A DNA stretch of 64,000 nt, taken from contig NW_024704743.1 of the NCBI RefSeq assembly GCF_018977255.1, positions 34,350,001 through 34,414,000 on the forward strand, in the 5' to 3' direction. Source of the stretch: Callorhinchus milii. Its lineage: Eukaryota. Shown here piece by piece: positions 12,681-25,500 of this stretch (its first letter is position 1; each line of letters opens with the position of its first letter). The notes under the pieces were generated by a model. That model saw nothing but the letters and a program-made list of their open reading frames with translations. It did no database searches and was not told where the DNA came from. Both the position numbers and the translations under genes were made by a program.

Positions 12681-14759
12681 GTACTGTTTGTTAACGTAGA
12701 CATCTTTTGACAGGTTTCTTGCCTCTTCATCAGGCACAGTGGGATTATGCTCCTTATGCCAGTACATTTAAAGCACATTAAAGGCACTTACTGATAATTG
12801 GATTTGCTTGTGGATCATCTACGCTAAGTGTAGATTTTAACTGATAAAACAATATTGAATGCAGTCAACTGTACCCATGGAAAAGGTGCACACCCACACC
12901 CACACATACAGAGTGGGTGCAAAGCGCTTGTGGGAAAGGGTTGGAATTTGAACCTTTGACGTGGCTGTGGCTTCTTTGTTGGCTGGAGAGCAATGGGTAC
13001 TAATTGGGTGGGCTGTGGCCCTGGCCCATTCAGGCCCACTTGTGGCTACGCCCTGCCACATACAGTTATAACATACTTCACTTCGTGGCTGGTTGCAGGA
13101 GAATGCTATGCACAAATTGGTTCACCATGTTTTTGCCTGCACATTAAACTTCACTTTATATGAAATTCTGTGAAGTGCTTTCCTCCCAATATAAGTGATC
13201 CTATATCAAATATAAGGATTATTTCATTATTTATTATTACAGTACTAAAAACTAAGGCATCATTAGCGTAGAATGAAACCCACAAAAAGGAATTTAAATA
13301 AATAGAGAAAAACAGTGAGATCCAAATAGCAGAATACCTTCTCACCAGCCCAGAGGGCAGAGAGATAGTCAAAAAAACGATAATGTTTTTAATGTGCATC
13401 TCGGTGGCACATACCACATACCTGGGTGGATGATCAGACAACAGATACGCTTCATGCTGCAGGAGAGAAGTAGATGATGCACTGTGCAAGCGAACACCTG
13501 TTTGGCACAGTCCAGAAAAGAAATACTGTAATGAGCTTCACAGCCAACAAAACAAAACTGAAAGTTAAACTACATCAAAGCTCATGATTCTTTAAGGCCT
13601 TCATTGTTATATAAAAGGATACGTTACGGTGCAGTTGATGTTGCTAAAATTACTGGAGTATTCGTATTTTACAAAATGGATCTGAGTAATCCTGCGTAGA
13701 ATTTTCAATGTGAAATGTTTTTCTAAGTGCAGTTCGAGAAAACGATTGAAAGAAATAATCCTAAATCACAGGGTTTTGCGCTTGTTTAGAAATCCTCGCA
13801 TTAGGTGTCTGTCTCTTTTGTTTTGAACCTCACAGTTTTAGTCCGGTGCAGTCACCTTAGCTAACCTCCCAATGTTGGAAAAATATTTGATTTCAGTGTT
13901 ATCAAAAACATTGTAAAGGCATTGATCAAACGCAGATTATTTAATTCCTTAACGTGTATTAATTCATCACTCATCTTTCTATGTCCTGGTGAAGTATTTG
14001 GAGACAAAAGGTGGGATGAGGAAAGGCCATCAGTTCCATCAACTCTGCTCCTTCTGTTGACCTCACAAAACCTACCCCATGGTGAACATTACACAGGGAG
14101 GCAAATACTTAGAGCGGTCCAGTGTATTTTGCGATGGGGTAGTAGAAAAAGGGTTCATACACACACACACAACTCATCCTAGTGAGTTTGCAATCTCATA
14201 TCACCTCAGAGAAGGCGCTGAGCCAGACTAAATGCAAGTTGTGTGTTCACTCACTACATGGGACAGAGTTAAGTTCAATGGTCAGTTCTGCTGTCTGCTC
14301 TTTTGCACCCTCTCCTGGATCGTTTCAGAATTACAAGGGTAGAGACTTGACTGCTGGATGTTTCCCATCCCTCTAAATCTGCAAATGTTAAGGAAAATGA
14401 GTAAGGGTGGAGGTAGAAGATAGAACAAGAGGGGGAGTGGGTTTACAAAATGTATTGTGCTTTAAAAAAAGTTTCTGAGCATACAAATTCCCTCTCGCCT
14501 CTGTTTAGCTCGATTGTGCCACACATTAGCTGCAGTGCAGTAGCCAGGTGGATGCCAAGAAGCCTAAAGATAACTCTCCTTGTTTGGGAGGGTAACATTT
14601 GGGTTAAAACCTGCATAAAACCTTTGTTTGGTGCTTTCCCATAGCAGAGAGACCAGGAATTCAACAGCTTAGGGAATTTGTCTCCCCCCCACCACCCCCC
14701 AACCACCATCCATTGCCATGGCACAGCTCCAGCATGTCAACAAAAAATGAAAACATGGA

Positions 14760-15050
14760 ACAAAACTAAAGATAAATCACAGGCTGCCTTGTGGAGTCAG
14801 AATTCAACTCGAGTTAAGTAAAGAGCTACCAACTAGGACCAGCTAATGATCGCTGGAGTGTGTATGTGGTGTGTGTGTAGAGGGCAGAAACAGATTCAGC
14901 TCTGATGCTCAAAACCGTCAATTGCCCCATCCACACTCACACATGAAGAATTATTTGTATGAAGCCTGTTGTTCCTCAGCATGAATCAATACCTCCAAGA
15001 GAGTGCAGAGAAATGGTGATGTGGTGAGCAGTAGAGTGTCCAGGATCACA
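14760..15050 (+). mobile_element. LF-SINE-like remnant, duplicated at ~16545-16850
   Basis: CTCACACATGAAGAAT and CAGCATGAATCAATGCCTTCAAGAGAG resemble the recalled LF-SINE 3' region; another remnant at ~36305-36570. Confidence 0.55.
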
Positions 15051-15480
15051 TTTTGCAGACTCTGTAGGGATGTTCTGTAAAGCAGACAGTTCCCGATCAC
15101 TGAACAGATCAATTTCAAGATCCTCAAACCTTTCTTCAAATCCATTCATGCCCTAACAACTCCCTATCTCTCCAACCCACTTACTCCCCAACCCATCATG
15201 CGCTGTCTCTGCTCGGCTTGCTCTGGCCTATTGTTTGTTCCTCACGCCCTCCGTTCCACCATCGGTGGCCACATTTTCAGCCACTACACCCTGAAACTCT
15301 GGAACACTTTCCCCCAGTCCCTCTGCTTTGTCCCTTCCATCCCCATCTTCAGGTAGCACCTGAAGACCTTCCACATTGATCTTGCCTCCCCCCTGGCTCG
15401 GTAATGTGCTCCACCACGGTCAAGTGCTCTGGAACGCTATCCTGCATGAGGAGCACTATATAAATACAAGTTGTTGTTGA
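15050..15480 (+). mobile_element. L2 3' fragment
   Basis: atcaatttcaagatcctc...ccaccatcggtggcc...caagttgttgttg tail. Confidence 0.78.
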
Positions 15481-15799
15481 CTGCAATTGGTGTCTCTTTA
15501 TTGATGCAGTACAACCTGCAGGTAGGGCTGATGTTCAGTATGGAAATCCTGTGATAAACTGATCTGTTTAAAGTGTACAAAACCCACTCCAGTGCACAGA
15601 GGCCAATATGAACTTCATTTGTTCAATTTGCAGGCAAAAAACAGTTCCAATTTGCGAGTTGTGTAAAGCACATGCAAAAACATTCGTACAGAAAGAATTA
15701 CATAAATAACAAATGTAAAGGATGACAGAATAAGATGGAATCATTTTCATCAGTTGTTAATTCCCACAATGCATGCTCTTACACACAGTTTACATAACT

Positions 15800-16195
15800 C
15801 GTGCGTCAGCCTAGCTCAGTGGTAGCACTGTTGCTTCTCAGTCAGAATAGTGTGACTCAGAGCCCTGTCGGGACTTGGAATCACATTATCTAAGGTTACA
15901 TTCCAATGAAGTGCTGAGGGGTTGTTGCATTGTCGAAGATGCTGTCCTTCGGATGAGATGTTAGACTAAGGTCCCCTCTGCCTGTTCAAGATCCCATGGC
16001 ACTATTCGAAAAGAGAAGGGTGTTTCTCCTGGTGGCCTGGCCAACATCCCCCAAATAAAATTGTTCACTCACTCCCACGGCTGTTTGTGGAACATTGATG
16101 TGCGCAACTGGCTGCCACGTTTCACCTACAAAATACAGTCAAACCACTTTGCAGTACATCCTGTGAAATGCTTTGAGACGTCTCAATGATGCGAA
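15800..16195 (+). mobile_element. SacSINE1-like Deu-SINE, full length
   Basis: tRNA-like head (GTCAGCCTAGCTCAGTGGTAGC), GGATGAGATGTT...GATCCCATGGCACTATT and GTTTGTGG...TGTGCGCAA segments, L2-type tail. Confidence 0.8.
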
Positions 16196-17116
16196 AAACA
16201 ACAACAACATTACATTTGTAAAGCGCCTTTCATGTCGGTAGGACGTTCCAAGGCGCTGAGCAGTCAGGGATCGGGACCCGAGCGTGGGGGGCGGGGTTGG
16301 GATGAGGCAGGGCAGAGAGGCAGGAGGGCAGCTGAAGGCACGGTCAAAAAGGAGGGTCGTGCCTTGAAGGAGGCAAATACCAAATACCAATAAGGCGCTA
16401 TACCAAATGCAACAACAACATGCATTTACATAGCACCCTTCACGCGGGGTATGCCTCCCGCAAGTATTGCAAAGATTATTATTGCTATTACTCACAAAAC
16501 AACTGCAACTCCAATATGACTTTGCATTATTTTCAGGCTGAAAGTAAACATGGGGAAGAAAGTCTGGCTTGTAGACACAGAATGAAAGTCAAGTATAGAG
16601 CTGCCAGCTAGGAACAGCTAATGCTCACTGGAGTGTGTGTGTGCATGGTGTGGGCATACAGACATACGGTGAGGGCAACAGATTCAGCTCTGATGCTCGT
16701 AACCTTCAAATGGCCTGTTGGCACTCAGGGTCTAAACTCACACATGAAGAATTATTTGTGTGAAGGCAACTGTTCCCCAGCATGAATCAATGCCTTCAAG
16801 AGAGTGCAGAGAAGTGGTGATGTGGTTAGCAATAGGGAGTCCAGAATCACTGTTCCAAACAGTGTTCGGTGATTCCACAAGACAGCCTTACTTCTGCACA
16901 TTTTACATTCATTTTTGTTTGATGTTTTCATTCACAGGTTGAAACTTCAAATATTCTACAGTGAAGCCAGTTGAGCTCCAAGGATATCTTGCTTACCTCC
17001 CCCCAGGAGGATAGTCACTAGTTGGTCACTTAACAGCTGACAAGCATGAGGTTTCTGCTCTAGCTAGGAATGTAGACCATTCAGCCCATCAAGCCTGTTC
17101 CTCCATTCTATTAGAT

Positions 17117-17664
17117 CAGGGTGGTCCAACCTTTTGGCTGCTGAGGGCCAGATGCCCTGTGGTGTCCTATAGCTCAGTCGTTACAGCACTCACCTCGCAA
17201 GCGAGGGACCTGGGTTCGATTCCCAGGCAGGGCAAAAAGTTGGGCAAGTTTCCTTACTCTGTTAACCTATCAGTAAGTAGAAACCCAGTTGCTAGTGGAT
17301 TAGCGGATCACTTCTCTGGGGGTAATAAATTCTTCAAAAAAAAAAATTGGTCACTCAATCCACGACTGTTTGTGGGACACTACTGTGTGACCTGCCCATT
17401 GGCTGCTACGTTTCGCCCACAAAGTAGTCAATTCACTTACAATATATTCTGTGAAGTGCTTTGAGGGGTCTCGAAGATAAGGCACTATGTCAAATGCAAG
17501 GATTATTATTATTATTTGAGAAACATCAACAGGCCACAAAAGCAATATTTTTCGGAAACATGACATAACATTGACGGGTTATGGAGGGAGCGGGTGGGCC
17601 AGATGAAACGGAGGTAGGTGAGGAGGATGAAATTGGCCTGCGGGGAGCCAGTTGAACCAACCTG
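17117..17664. mobile_element. hAT-type non-autonomous DNA transposon (contains a SINE; inserted in a CR1 3' end)
   Basis: TIRs CAGGGTGGTCCAAC / GTTGAACCAACCTG (12/14 match); 8-bp flanks TATTAGAT / TATTAAAT. Confidence 0.8.
17159..17517 (+). mobile_element. tRNA-Ala SINE, full length (long subfamily)
   Basis: A box TAGCTCAGTCG, B box GGTTCGATTCC, (ATT)n tail. Confidence 0.9.
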
Positions 17665-18357
17665 TATTAAATCATTGCCATCTGTACCTCAATTGCAAAT
17701 ATCCGTTTTTGCTCCATTATTATCCCGCAGCATGAATCAATACCTTCAAGATATGGGTGGATCACTAGGTGCATGGTAGGTAACAGGAACTCCCTGTGAG
17801 CTTCCTTGTGGGCAACACAGCTCAGCATGAAATATGTGAGAGCATTGCCAGTATTTTTCTGTCTGCAGCTCAGACACACTTTCCCATTGAGTGACAGTTC
17901 TACTCAAACTAAATAAAGGGATTGTCTGATAATTCAGTTTCCCTGACGTCAAGTCTAAGAGTAAAATGTCTCCCAGACATCAGCTGAAAATGGTTATCAC
18001 AGCCTGCAAGTGTTACATGGCTGCAAGTCAGGTATGTCAGTGAATAATTCCACTTGCCCCGTGACCTGTCCATTCTGTTGTGAGAGTATGGATTAAAAAA
18101 TACTTATGTATGTAAAGTAGCAACTGCTGCTTTAGAGTCTGAGGCTAAAGTTTATCAAGATCACAGAAAAAAATAAACAAAGGTAACTTTCGCTCCGCAG
18201 TAACAGATCCTAGGATTGGTGCAACTTGGCTGTGACGTGCTGCCAGTTACTGAGCTGCAGGAGCTCCCACTATAGACTCTGAGTTACTATTCGTGAGTTA
18301 ATTTATGATCTGCCGTTTTTCCAACTGTGTTCCTTTCCCCTCCTCACCTTGATGAGC

Positions 18358-18842
18358 ACAACAAATTACATTTGTATAATGCCTTTTGCATCAGGAGGAT
18401 GTCCCAAGGCGCTGGATTTGGACCTGACCAAGGGGCTGGGATTAGAAGGGGTGGAGGGCAGGGAGACTAGGGATAGAAGGGTGACCAAAAGTGTGGTTGA
18501 AAAGGGTCTTAAGACGTGCCTTGAAGGAGGCAAGGGACAATGCAAGGCGAAGGGACTACTGGATGGAGTTCCAAAGGGTGGGGGCAGAGAAGCTGAAGAC
18601 CTGACTGCCAACAGTGGGATGGGCTGGGTGGGGGCTGGAGCCTGCTGAGCGGAGGGAGCGGCCAGGTCAATGTGGAGTTAGCAGATCACAGAGGTAGGGA
18701 GGAGCAAGACAGTGGTGGGCTTTGAAGGCGAGGACAAGGATTTTGAACTCTATTTGGGGGAAGAGAAGCCGGTGGAGCCGGGTGAGGGTGATAGGGTCAC
18801 GGTGCCCAGTCCGAGAGAGGACACGAGCTGCAGAGTTCTGAA
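18358..18842 (-). mobile_element. L2 3' fragment
   Basis: Reverse L2 tail and C-terminal coding remnant. Confidence 0.78.
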
Positions 18843-19279
18843 TTTAGAACATATGATACCAAAGAAAAAAAAATCACAATAGAATCGTGCCCCCCAAGTA
18901 TTTTAATATTTTCACAAATTACATTTTCAATCACAATCGTTACAGTACAAACAAATTACATTTTGAGTTTATAAAAAGTTGACTTATGAAATACAAAATC
19001 ACCTTTTTAGTATAACATAAGAAATTTTCTCTGCTTCCCCCCTCTGTCTTTGCTTGTGCCCCTGTGTGCAATCACAGTTGGCTAAGAGGTCGGCTGACCA
19101 ATTTGTTCCCAAACCAACACCAATTTGCCAATAGCAGGTGATGGATAACAGCCTGGCTGACTTCACATACACCTGTCAGATAGCTGCAACTTGCCACAGC
19201 AGAGATTGAGAACCCAGTATAAGGAAGATCACATGTACTAATCTAAACCTTTTATAACAATGTGGCATGCTACACTAAA

Positions 19280-20266
19280 GGCTCCAAACCTCCACCTCTT
19301 TTATTCTTTAAAAAAGTGAGGGGAGAGAGAGAGAGAAGAAAAACACAAGACACCTAGCCCCCTGAACATTTAGAATTATACACATGGCTGAAAGCACGAG
19401 CACTGCATTGCTGCCTGGTGTAAATTTATCCAGCTGCAACAGCAATTTGTTAGAGCAGCCTTGTAGCAACACATTACGTTTACTGCAGCCAAAGGGCACC
19501 TTACCACTCTGTGGCACACCATGCTGGTGCTCCGAAGCACTGTGCTGTTTTCAAAAAAAGGGTGAGGGGAAGACAGGGGATCAAAACACGACACAGTTTT
19601 AGCCCTCTTAACATTTAGAATTATAAACATGGCTGAAAGCTTTAGCATTGCATTGCTTTCCGATTTACATTTTAGCAGTAACACAAATGACTCGAGCAGC
19701 CTTTTTTTTTGGCAACACAGCAAACACGTTTACTACAGCCATGGCTTTGTGACCTGGCGGTGGATGATACTCCAGCCTAGCCACAGTACAAATTGTTCTG
19801 AGACTGCCAGAAAATGCACTCGTTCTTTGTCCCTCTCTTCTGGCTGCCAATGTGTACTGTATTCTCATCCTCAGGCAGAAAGCTGGCTGGCGGCAGCCTT
19901 ATTTTTCCCATTGAAGAGAAAGACAGATGGGAAGCTACCCTAACACTTAGTAGGCAGTGCACATGCCTCCCATTAGCCCACAATACGGCAGATGCAAACG
20001 TAGAAGCCGCAAGACACTTCCTACTTGCGTTTCTCTTGCAAGAATCCCAGCAACACATTTCCAATTTGGCAGTAAATTAAAAGCTTGTTTCATGGCAACA
20101 TCACAAAGCTCCATTCGCACAAAGCCATAAATATATAGTGCACGGTCCATCTTGCATCCAACTGACTGGCCATCTCATCTTCAATTTCAATTCACTGTCC
20201 CCATCCCCCCTGCCCACTCGTGCATACATCTAGTTAAAACATTACAAAATCTCAACAAACACCGTT
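19280..20266 (-). other. C18orf21: Putative 3' UTR of C18orf21 with AATAAA at 19300-19305 (minus)
   Basis: Repeat-free sequence after the stop codon, with a minus-strand AATAAA about 1 kb downstream. Confidence 0.5.
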
Positions 20267-20423
20267 TTACACTGAAGACAAAAAATCCTTAAGAGTTCCT
20301 TTCTTGCTCGGCTGTTTCTGCTCACAGTTCAAGAGCATCTTTAGCCGGGAACAGTGCAGTTTCTTTGCTTTAACTGACTTCAGCAAGGGGGCAGATGAGG
20401 TAGAAGGTGTAGAAGTGAATGTT
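20267..20423 (-). CDS. C18orf21: C18orf21/RMP24 last coding exon (TFTSTPSTSS...SRLKMLLNCEQ...LKDFLSSV*)
   Basis: ttcag acceptor, open to TAA at 20267. LKMLL and DFLSSV match human LKMLL and NFLSSL. Total CDS 684 nt = 227 aa. Confidence 0.92.
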
Positions 20424-22293
20424 CTGAAAATATAAATGCAATATGTATAAACAGACAAATAACTAAAGCTCAAGAATAAAATAGGGTTTGGCAGCATCTA
20501 TGTTACCTCGTGGCAACTTAGCTCAATTCATTCTATTCTTGCCTCTAGGTCAGAAGGTTATGGATTCAAGCCGCTACGGAACTATAGCTCGTTGGAGCAG
20601 AATGACACTTCAGTGCAATACTGAGATAAGTGCAGCATTAAAGGGATGCCCTTGTGCTTCATATGAAACGTTAAACCACTTTACAGTACATCCTGTGAAA
20701 TTAAACACTGTAAAGATGTCCTCCTGACGTGAAAGTCACTATGGCTAACGTAAAGAATATTATTATTCATTCATCGACAATGTAGCTGGGCCAACTCCAA
20801 TGTCCTATATGTTTCAATAATCTATTTCAATTAAAAAAANTCATTTTTAAGTCCCATTGTATTTGCTGTTTGAGCCCATAACCTTCTGATTCAGAGATGA
20901 AAGTGCTGAGCCAGGCCGACACACAAAATAAGAGGATATGAAAAGAAGCTTACATTACATTAATCACAATAAAGAACACCAAAGTAGGCATACAACGGCA
21001 GCAATTGGCTCACCACTTGGCTTTACCTCATGTCAAAATGGTTACTGATACCTGCACGATGTGTAGCGATCAATATCACATTGTTCATGTTGAGGCAGAT
21101 AATAATTCCATTTGATATAGCTCCTTATTTTGTCGAACTATCTCACAGGGAATTGCTATCCCCCACTTTATTGACTGTGTTTATTGACTCAGCAAACCCA
21201 GCATCCAACTTGCACAGAACAAGGTCCCACAAACAGTCACAGGGTGAAAGACCAATTTATCTGGAGAACTGTTTACTTAATATTTCATTCAATGGACAGC
21301 GCCTCCAACAATACACCATTCCTCCAGCACTGCAGTGGCAGAGCCGGCCGATGTTGTGGAGGTGGGGGAAGGCAGAGCGGGTCATGGCACGGATGTGGGA
21401 TACAAAGGATAGTTGAGGGTCAAACAAGATGCCAAGGTTCCAGACTGACTCAGTGAGGTGGAGTGTGATCCAGAGGTAAAAATGCCAGCAACTGAGCTAA
21501 GTCGGCACTTGATGTGTTATTTTGTTTTGCATGCTATTTTGTGGCTGTTCATCTCAGCTGTTTTAACCTCTTCAACAACAATACTCTACAGTACATTTGT
21601 TGTAAATGCCTATTAAGGGCCATTAACCTACTTTTCCGTGTACATCCCTACTTTCTGAATTTTGTGCAGTCACGCTTCACACCAGTGCAACATTCTTTGA
21701 ATGGAGTGCACATACAACAAATGAAACTCCATATGAGAGATGTCACAGAAATATAAATTGGATTATGTATCCAATACAGTACTGGGAGTACATTGCACTA
21801 CATTGCCAGAGATGCATTCCGTCAAATGACACATTAACTTCTACTTACATCTACTTGCTCTGGTGGTTCAGGTAGATGTTAAAGATCCCTTAAGGCACTA
21901 TTTTGAAGACTGACGGATAATTTCACTTCTGTTCTGGCCAATATTCTCCCTATATTGAATTAACTAAACACTAATCATGAAATCAATTTGTCATTCATCT
22001 TTTTGCTGTTTCTGGAACTATTGCTGATACATATTAGATATCATATTTGGTTGTGTAACAAGTCACTACACTTAATAAAGTGCCCCACTGATGAGTAATT
22101 TCAGTATAATTAAACCAAATGCACGTATTACTTTTATTACAAACAAGGTTGGGTAAAACAGATTTTTAGAAACAAACAATGCTTCTGCCTCATCACAACT
22201 GGGTTTGCTGAAAAGGTTGATACAAATTGCAGATGGACCTACATAGACATCTCTAAGAAACTAAGCGATAAAAAATAAACACATTACAATTAC

Positions 22294-22508
22294 CTTGGAG
22301 CTGTAGTTGGATTCTTGCCTTTTGATCCTGGCTTGTTCAGATGCTGGGAATAACCCATCGCCAGGCCTGGGGTCTGTTGGTGTCTTTGGACTTCGGGTGC
22401 CTTTGCGCCCAGTTTTGACCTGGCTAATCTACCCGACGCTGCAATCAGGGCGGCTCTATTTGCTCCATAGCATCTTGAGGTTTCATTACATGTGTAGCAG
22501 GTAACCAG
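22294..22508 (-). CDS. C18orf21: C18orf21/RMP24 coding exon 4 (LVTCYTCNETSRCYGANR...GSKGKNPTTAPR), second CxxC
   Basis: ttctag|CTGGTT...CCAAG|gtaatt, 215 nt open. Matches human LITCKTCN...GSKGKSP. Confidence 0.93.
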
Positions 22509-25500
22509 CTAGAACAGAAAAAAAGATAAGCTGATCTGTACAAGAATGCACTGTTTTAAAACGTGATTTATGTAAAAGAATCTTTGCCTACAAAATACAC
22601 AAAAATTCTAAACTTTAGAGTTTAGTGAAGCACTTTCAGATGTCCTCCTGATGTGAAAGGCGCTATAACAAATGTAAGGATTATCATTACAATAATTATG
22701 GATTCAGTACCTCAGTGCAGATCACCAGGTTCATTGCATTAAAAATGGAAAAGATTAGTAATCCCCACTTCATAGTACATTACAATAATCACTTTGCATC
22801 ACAAATACTTACATAATAGCTACAGAAGCAGAACATCCATAAATTACTGCAAAGTACTATGGAATGGTCATTATCCTGCGAAAGCAACCCAATGCTTTAA
22901 AATAATTGTGTACGCTGAACAATTGAGTCAATATTAGAAATGAAGTTGTTTTTTGAGTCTCATTCCTGCATTGTCGATAATTGACTTCACTACAATCTCT
23001 TCAGCTGCCTTGCGTTCTGCATATTCTTTGAACTAAGGTGAGTCTCCCACCTACGGCTCCAAGCACCCCAAAAATGACTCAATTCCCCCCACGGATAAGA
23101 ACTGTATGCATACTGGGGAGAAGGGTGGGGGTGGGGGAAGAGATTTATATTAATTCCTATCTGATTGTCAACTCACTCAGAGTTGCACCAGAATTAACTG
23201 AGCACAAGACAAGGATTTCATGTGGTGAGAATCCATAGCGAGATAGCTTATGTTGCTATTAAATTCATATAGTCTATACTGACACTCCAATACAGCGCTG
23301 GGGGTGTGCTGGATTGTTCGAGGTACTGTCCTCCTGATGAGATGTTTAACCGAGGTCCCATCTGCCTGTTCAGGTGGATATTAACGATCCAATTCACTAT
23401 TCAAAAAGAGAAGGAAGTTTCTCCGGTGTCTTGGCCAACAACTCCCCAAATAAAATTGGTCAATCACTCCATGGCTGTTTGTGGGATATTGCTGGGTGTA
23501 AATTGGCTGTTGTGTTAGCCTACAAAATACATTTACTACACTTTACAGTAAATCCTGTGAAGTGCTTTGTGAAATTTCAATGATAAAGCGCTCTGAGACG
23601 CTGCCCCGTGTGAAGGATGCTATATAAAATGCAAGTTGTTTTGTTGACATTATAAGGCACTACATCAAAATGCAAGGATTATCATTATTATATTTACATA
23701 TTTTAATTCAGATCATTAAAACAACACAATTTAAAACAATCATATTTGTGTTGGTAAAAAGTTCAATGTAAATGGGGTTATTGAATGATCCCTCAACATT
23801 TAATAATAATAATAATCTTTATATGTGATATAGTGCCTTTCATCTCGGGAGGACGTCTCAAAAGTGTTTTGCAGAATTTACTGTAAAGATAGTGACTGTG
23901 TACTTTTTTGTATACACTTGAATGTTATGTTTAAATGAGGGCATCTGTGGATTGCAGAGAAAATGCGAGCTTATCGCTTTAATGTAAACATGATTTTTCT
24001 TTTGTGAATTCATTCTTCTTGAGCTAAGTTAATATTCACCCACAAAATATAGTCAATTCACTTTACAGTATTTTCTGTGAAGCGCTTTGAGATATCTCGA
24101 AGATGTGATAAGGCGCTATATTAAATTCAAGGATTATTATTCAACGCGCATGAAATGAGTTGCTTTCAAGCTTACAGTCCATTTCATGGTTAATAAACCC
24201 ATGTGCAGTTCCAACCGTAGCCGATGCGATTTGTTATGTAACCAAATATAGCAATTACTCTACAATGAAGTAGGAGCGATGCAGCGAGCTAGGACAAAGC
24301 AAATTAAAGCAATTCTGTATAACATTGTTAGGAATTGTAACAGATGTGCAACTACAATACCTGCACAGCAGCAGTTACTAGTACTGTACTGTTATGCATC
24401 TCTTACATTTGCCCTACTTTCAGTTTATTTATAGTCTTAGCATTCTTCCATTCCCACCCGAAAAGGGAGTAAATCAGATACCTTGATGTTGAGAAATAAT
24501 GACTACTGTATCAGCGTCAGGGCCATGCAGCATGCTTACTGAACAGTGGAAACGCACAATTGTCAAACTACGCAATAAATCAGATACCAGTTATCTACGT
24601 TTTTTGAAGAAAAAAACTCAAGGCAGATACAAAACTCCTTCGAGTCTGACAACACCACATTTGCTTATCTCAATAATTTTAATTAAAACTACAATATTCT
24701 CGGGATAATATAAATTAAAATTATAAGATCACAGGATTAAGTAAATTTAAATAAGATCCAAAGCATAATGCAAATGAAAACTATAAGCCAGTAACTGACA
24801 TTGTACAGTCTGTTTTGGTAATTAAACACAAATCTGCAATAAAATAATCAACGTCCCTACATAACTGATACACAAGCTCTTACACATTTTTGTGGACAGA
24901 TTCCTTGCGGCAAAATCTTTCTATAAAAAATGAAATATAGCACCCACCTAACTGCTGGTCAAGGTTTTATTTTTTTCTGCTCTTCTCCATGCCTAACACC
25001 CGTCTCAATTTTACAAAACTCAAAGGGTGTCTCAGAATTGCTTCGGATAAATGAGCAACATATTGCACACTTATATTTGAAGGTCATTGCAATTTAAAAA
25101 AAAATCATTTCAATAGTAGAATAGCAACACTTCAAGCAAAATTCTGTACTGACCTCTTTTATGGTGCATAAAAGAGATTTATCTATAAAGTATTGGTTTC
25201 AATTCGGCTTTCTGCGTGAGGAACTAGCTCATATAAATACCAAGCCTTGGCTGCACCTAACTAAAAAACTAAACACACTGCCCAGATAAAGATACAATTC
25301 TGCACTTACCGATATGAAAGTGGCCATGTTTAAGATTTGTAACCTGTACGGATGGAAAGCTGAACTGAATGGTGGCTCTAAGGAAAGCAGATGAACCCAA
25401 AGCGTCTGGATAGACAGGATTGCAGAGTGAGGCGGGGCTAAACGTAGCCACTGTTGGACATTGATGGAATTCTGAACCAATCCCCTACCGCAAGGCAAGG

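Noticed and set aside
12990..13055. Harbinger-like terminal motif GTGGCTACGCCCTG
   Set aside because: The matching opposite terminus was not found.
19341..19353. AACACAAGACAC, partial reverse match to miR-187
   Set aside because: Only 12 nt match, the flanking bases differ, and there is no precursor hairpin.
20840..20840. Single ambiguous base (n)
   Set aside because: Assembly ambiguity after an A-run, not a biological feature.
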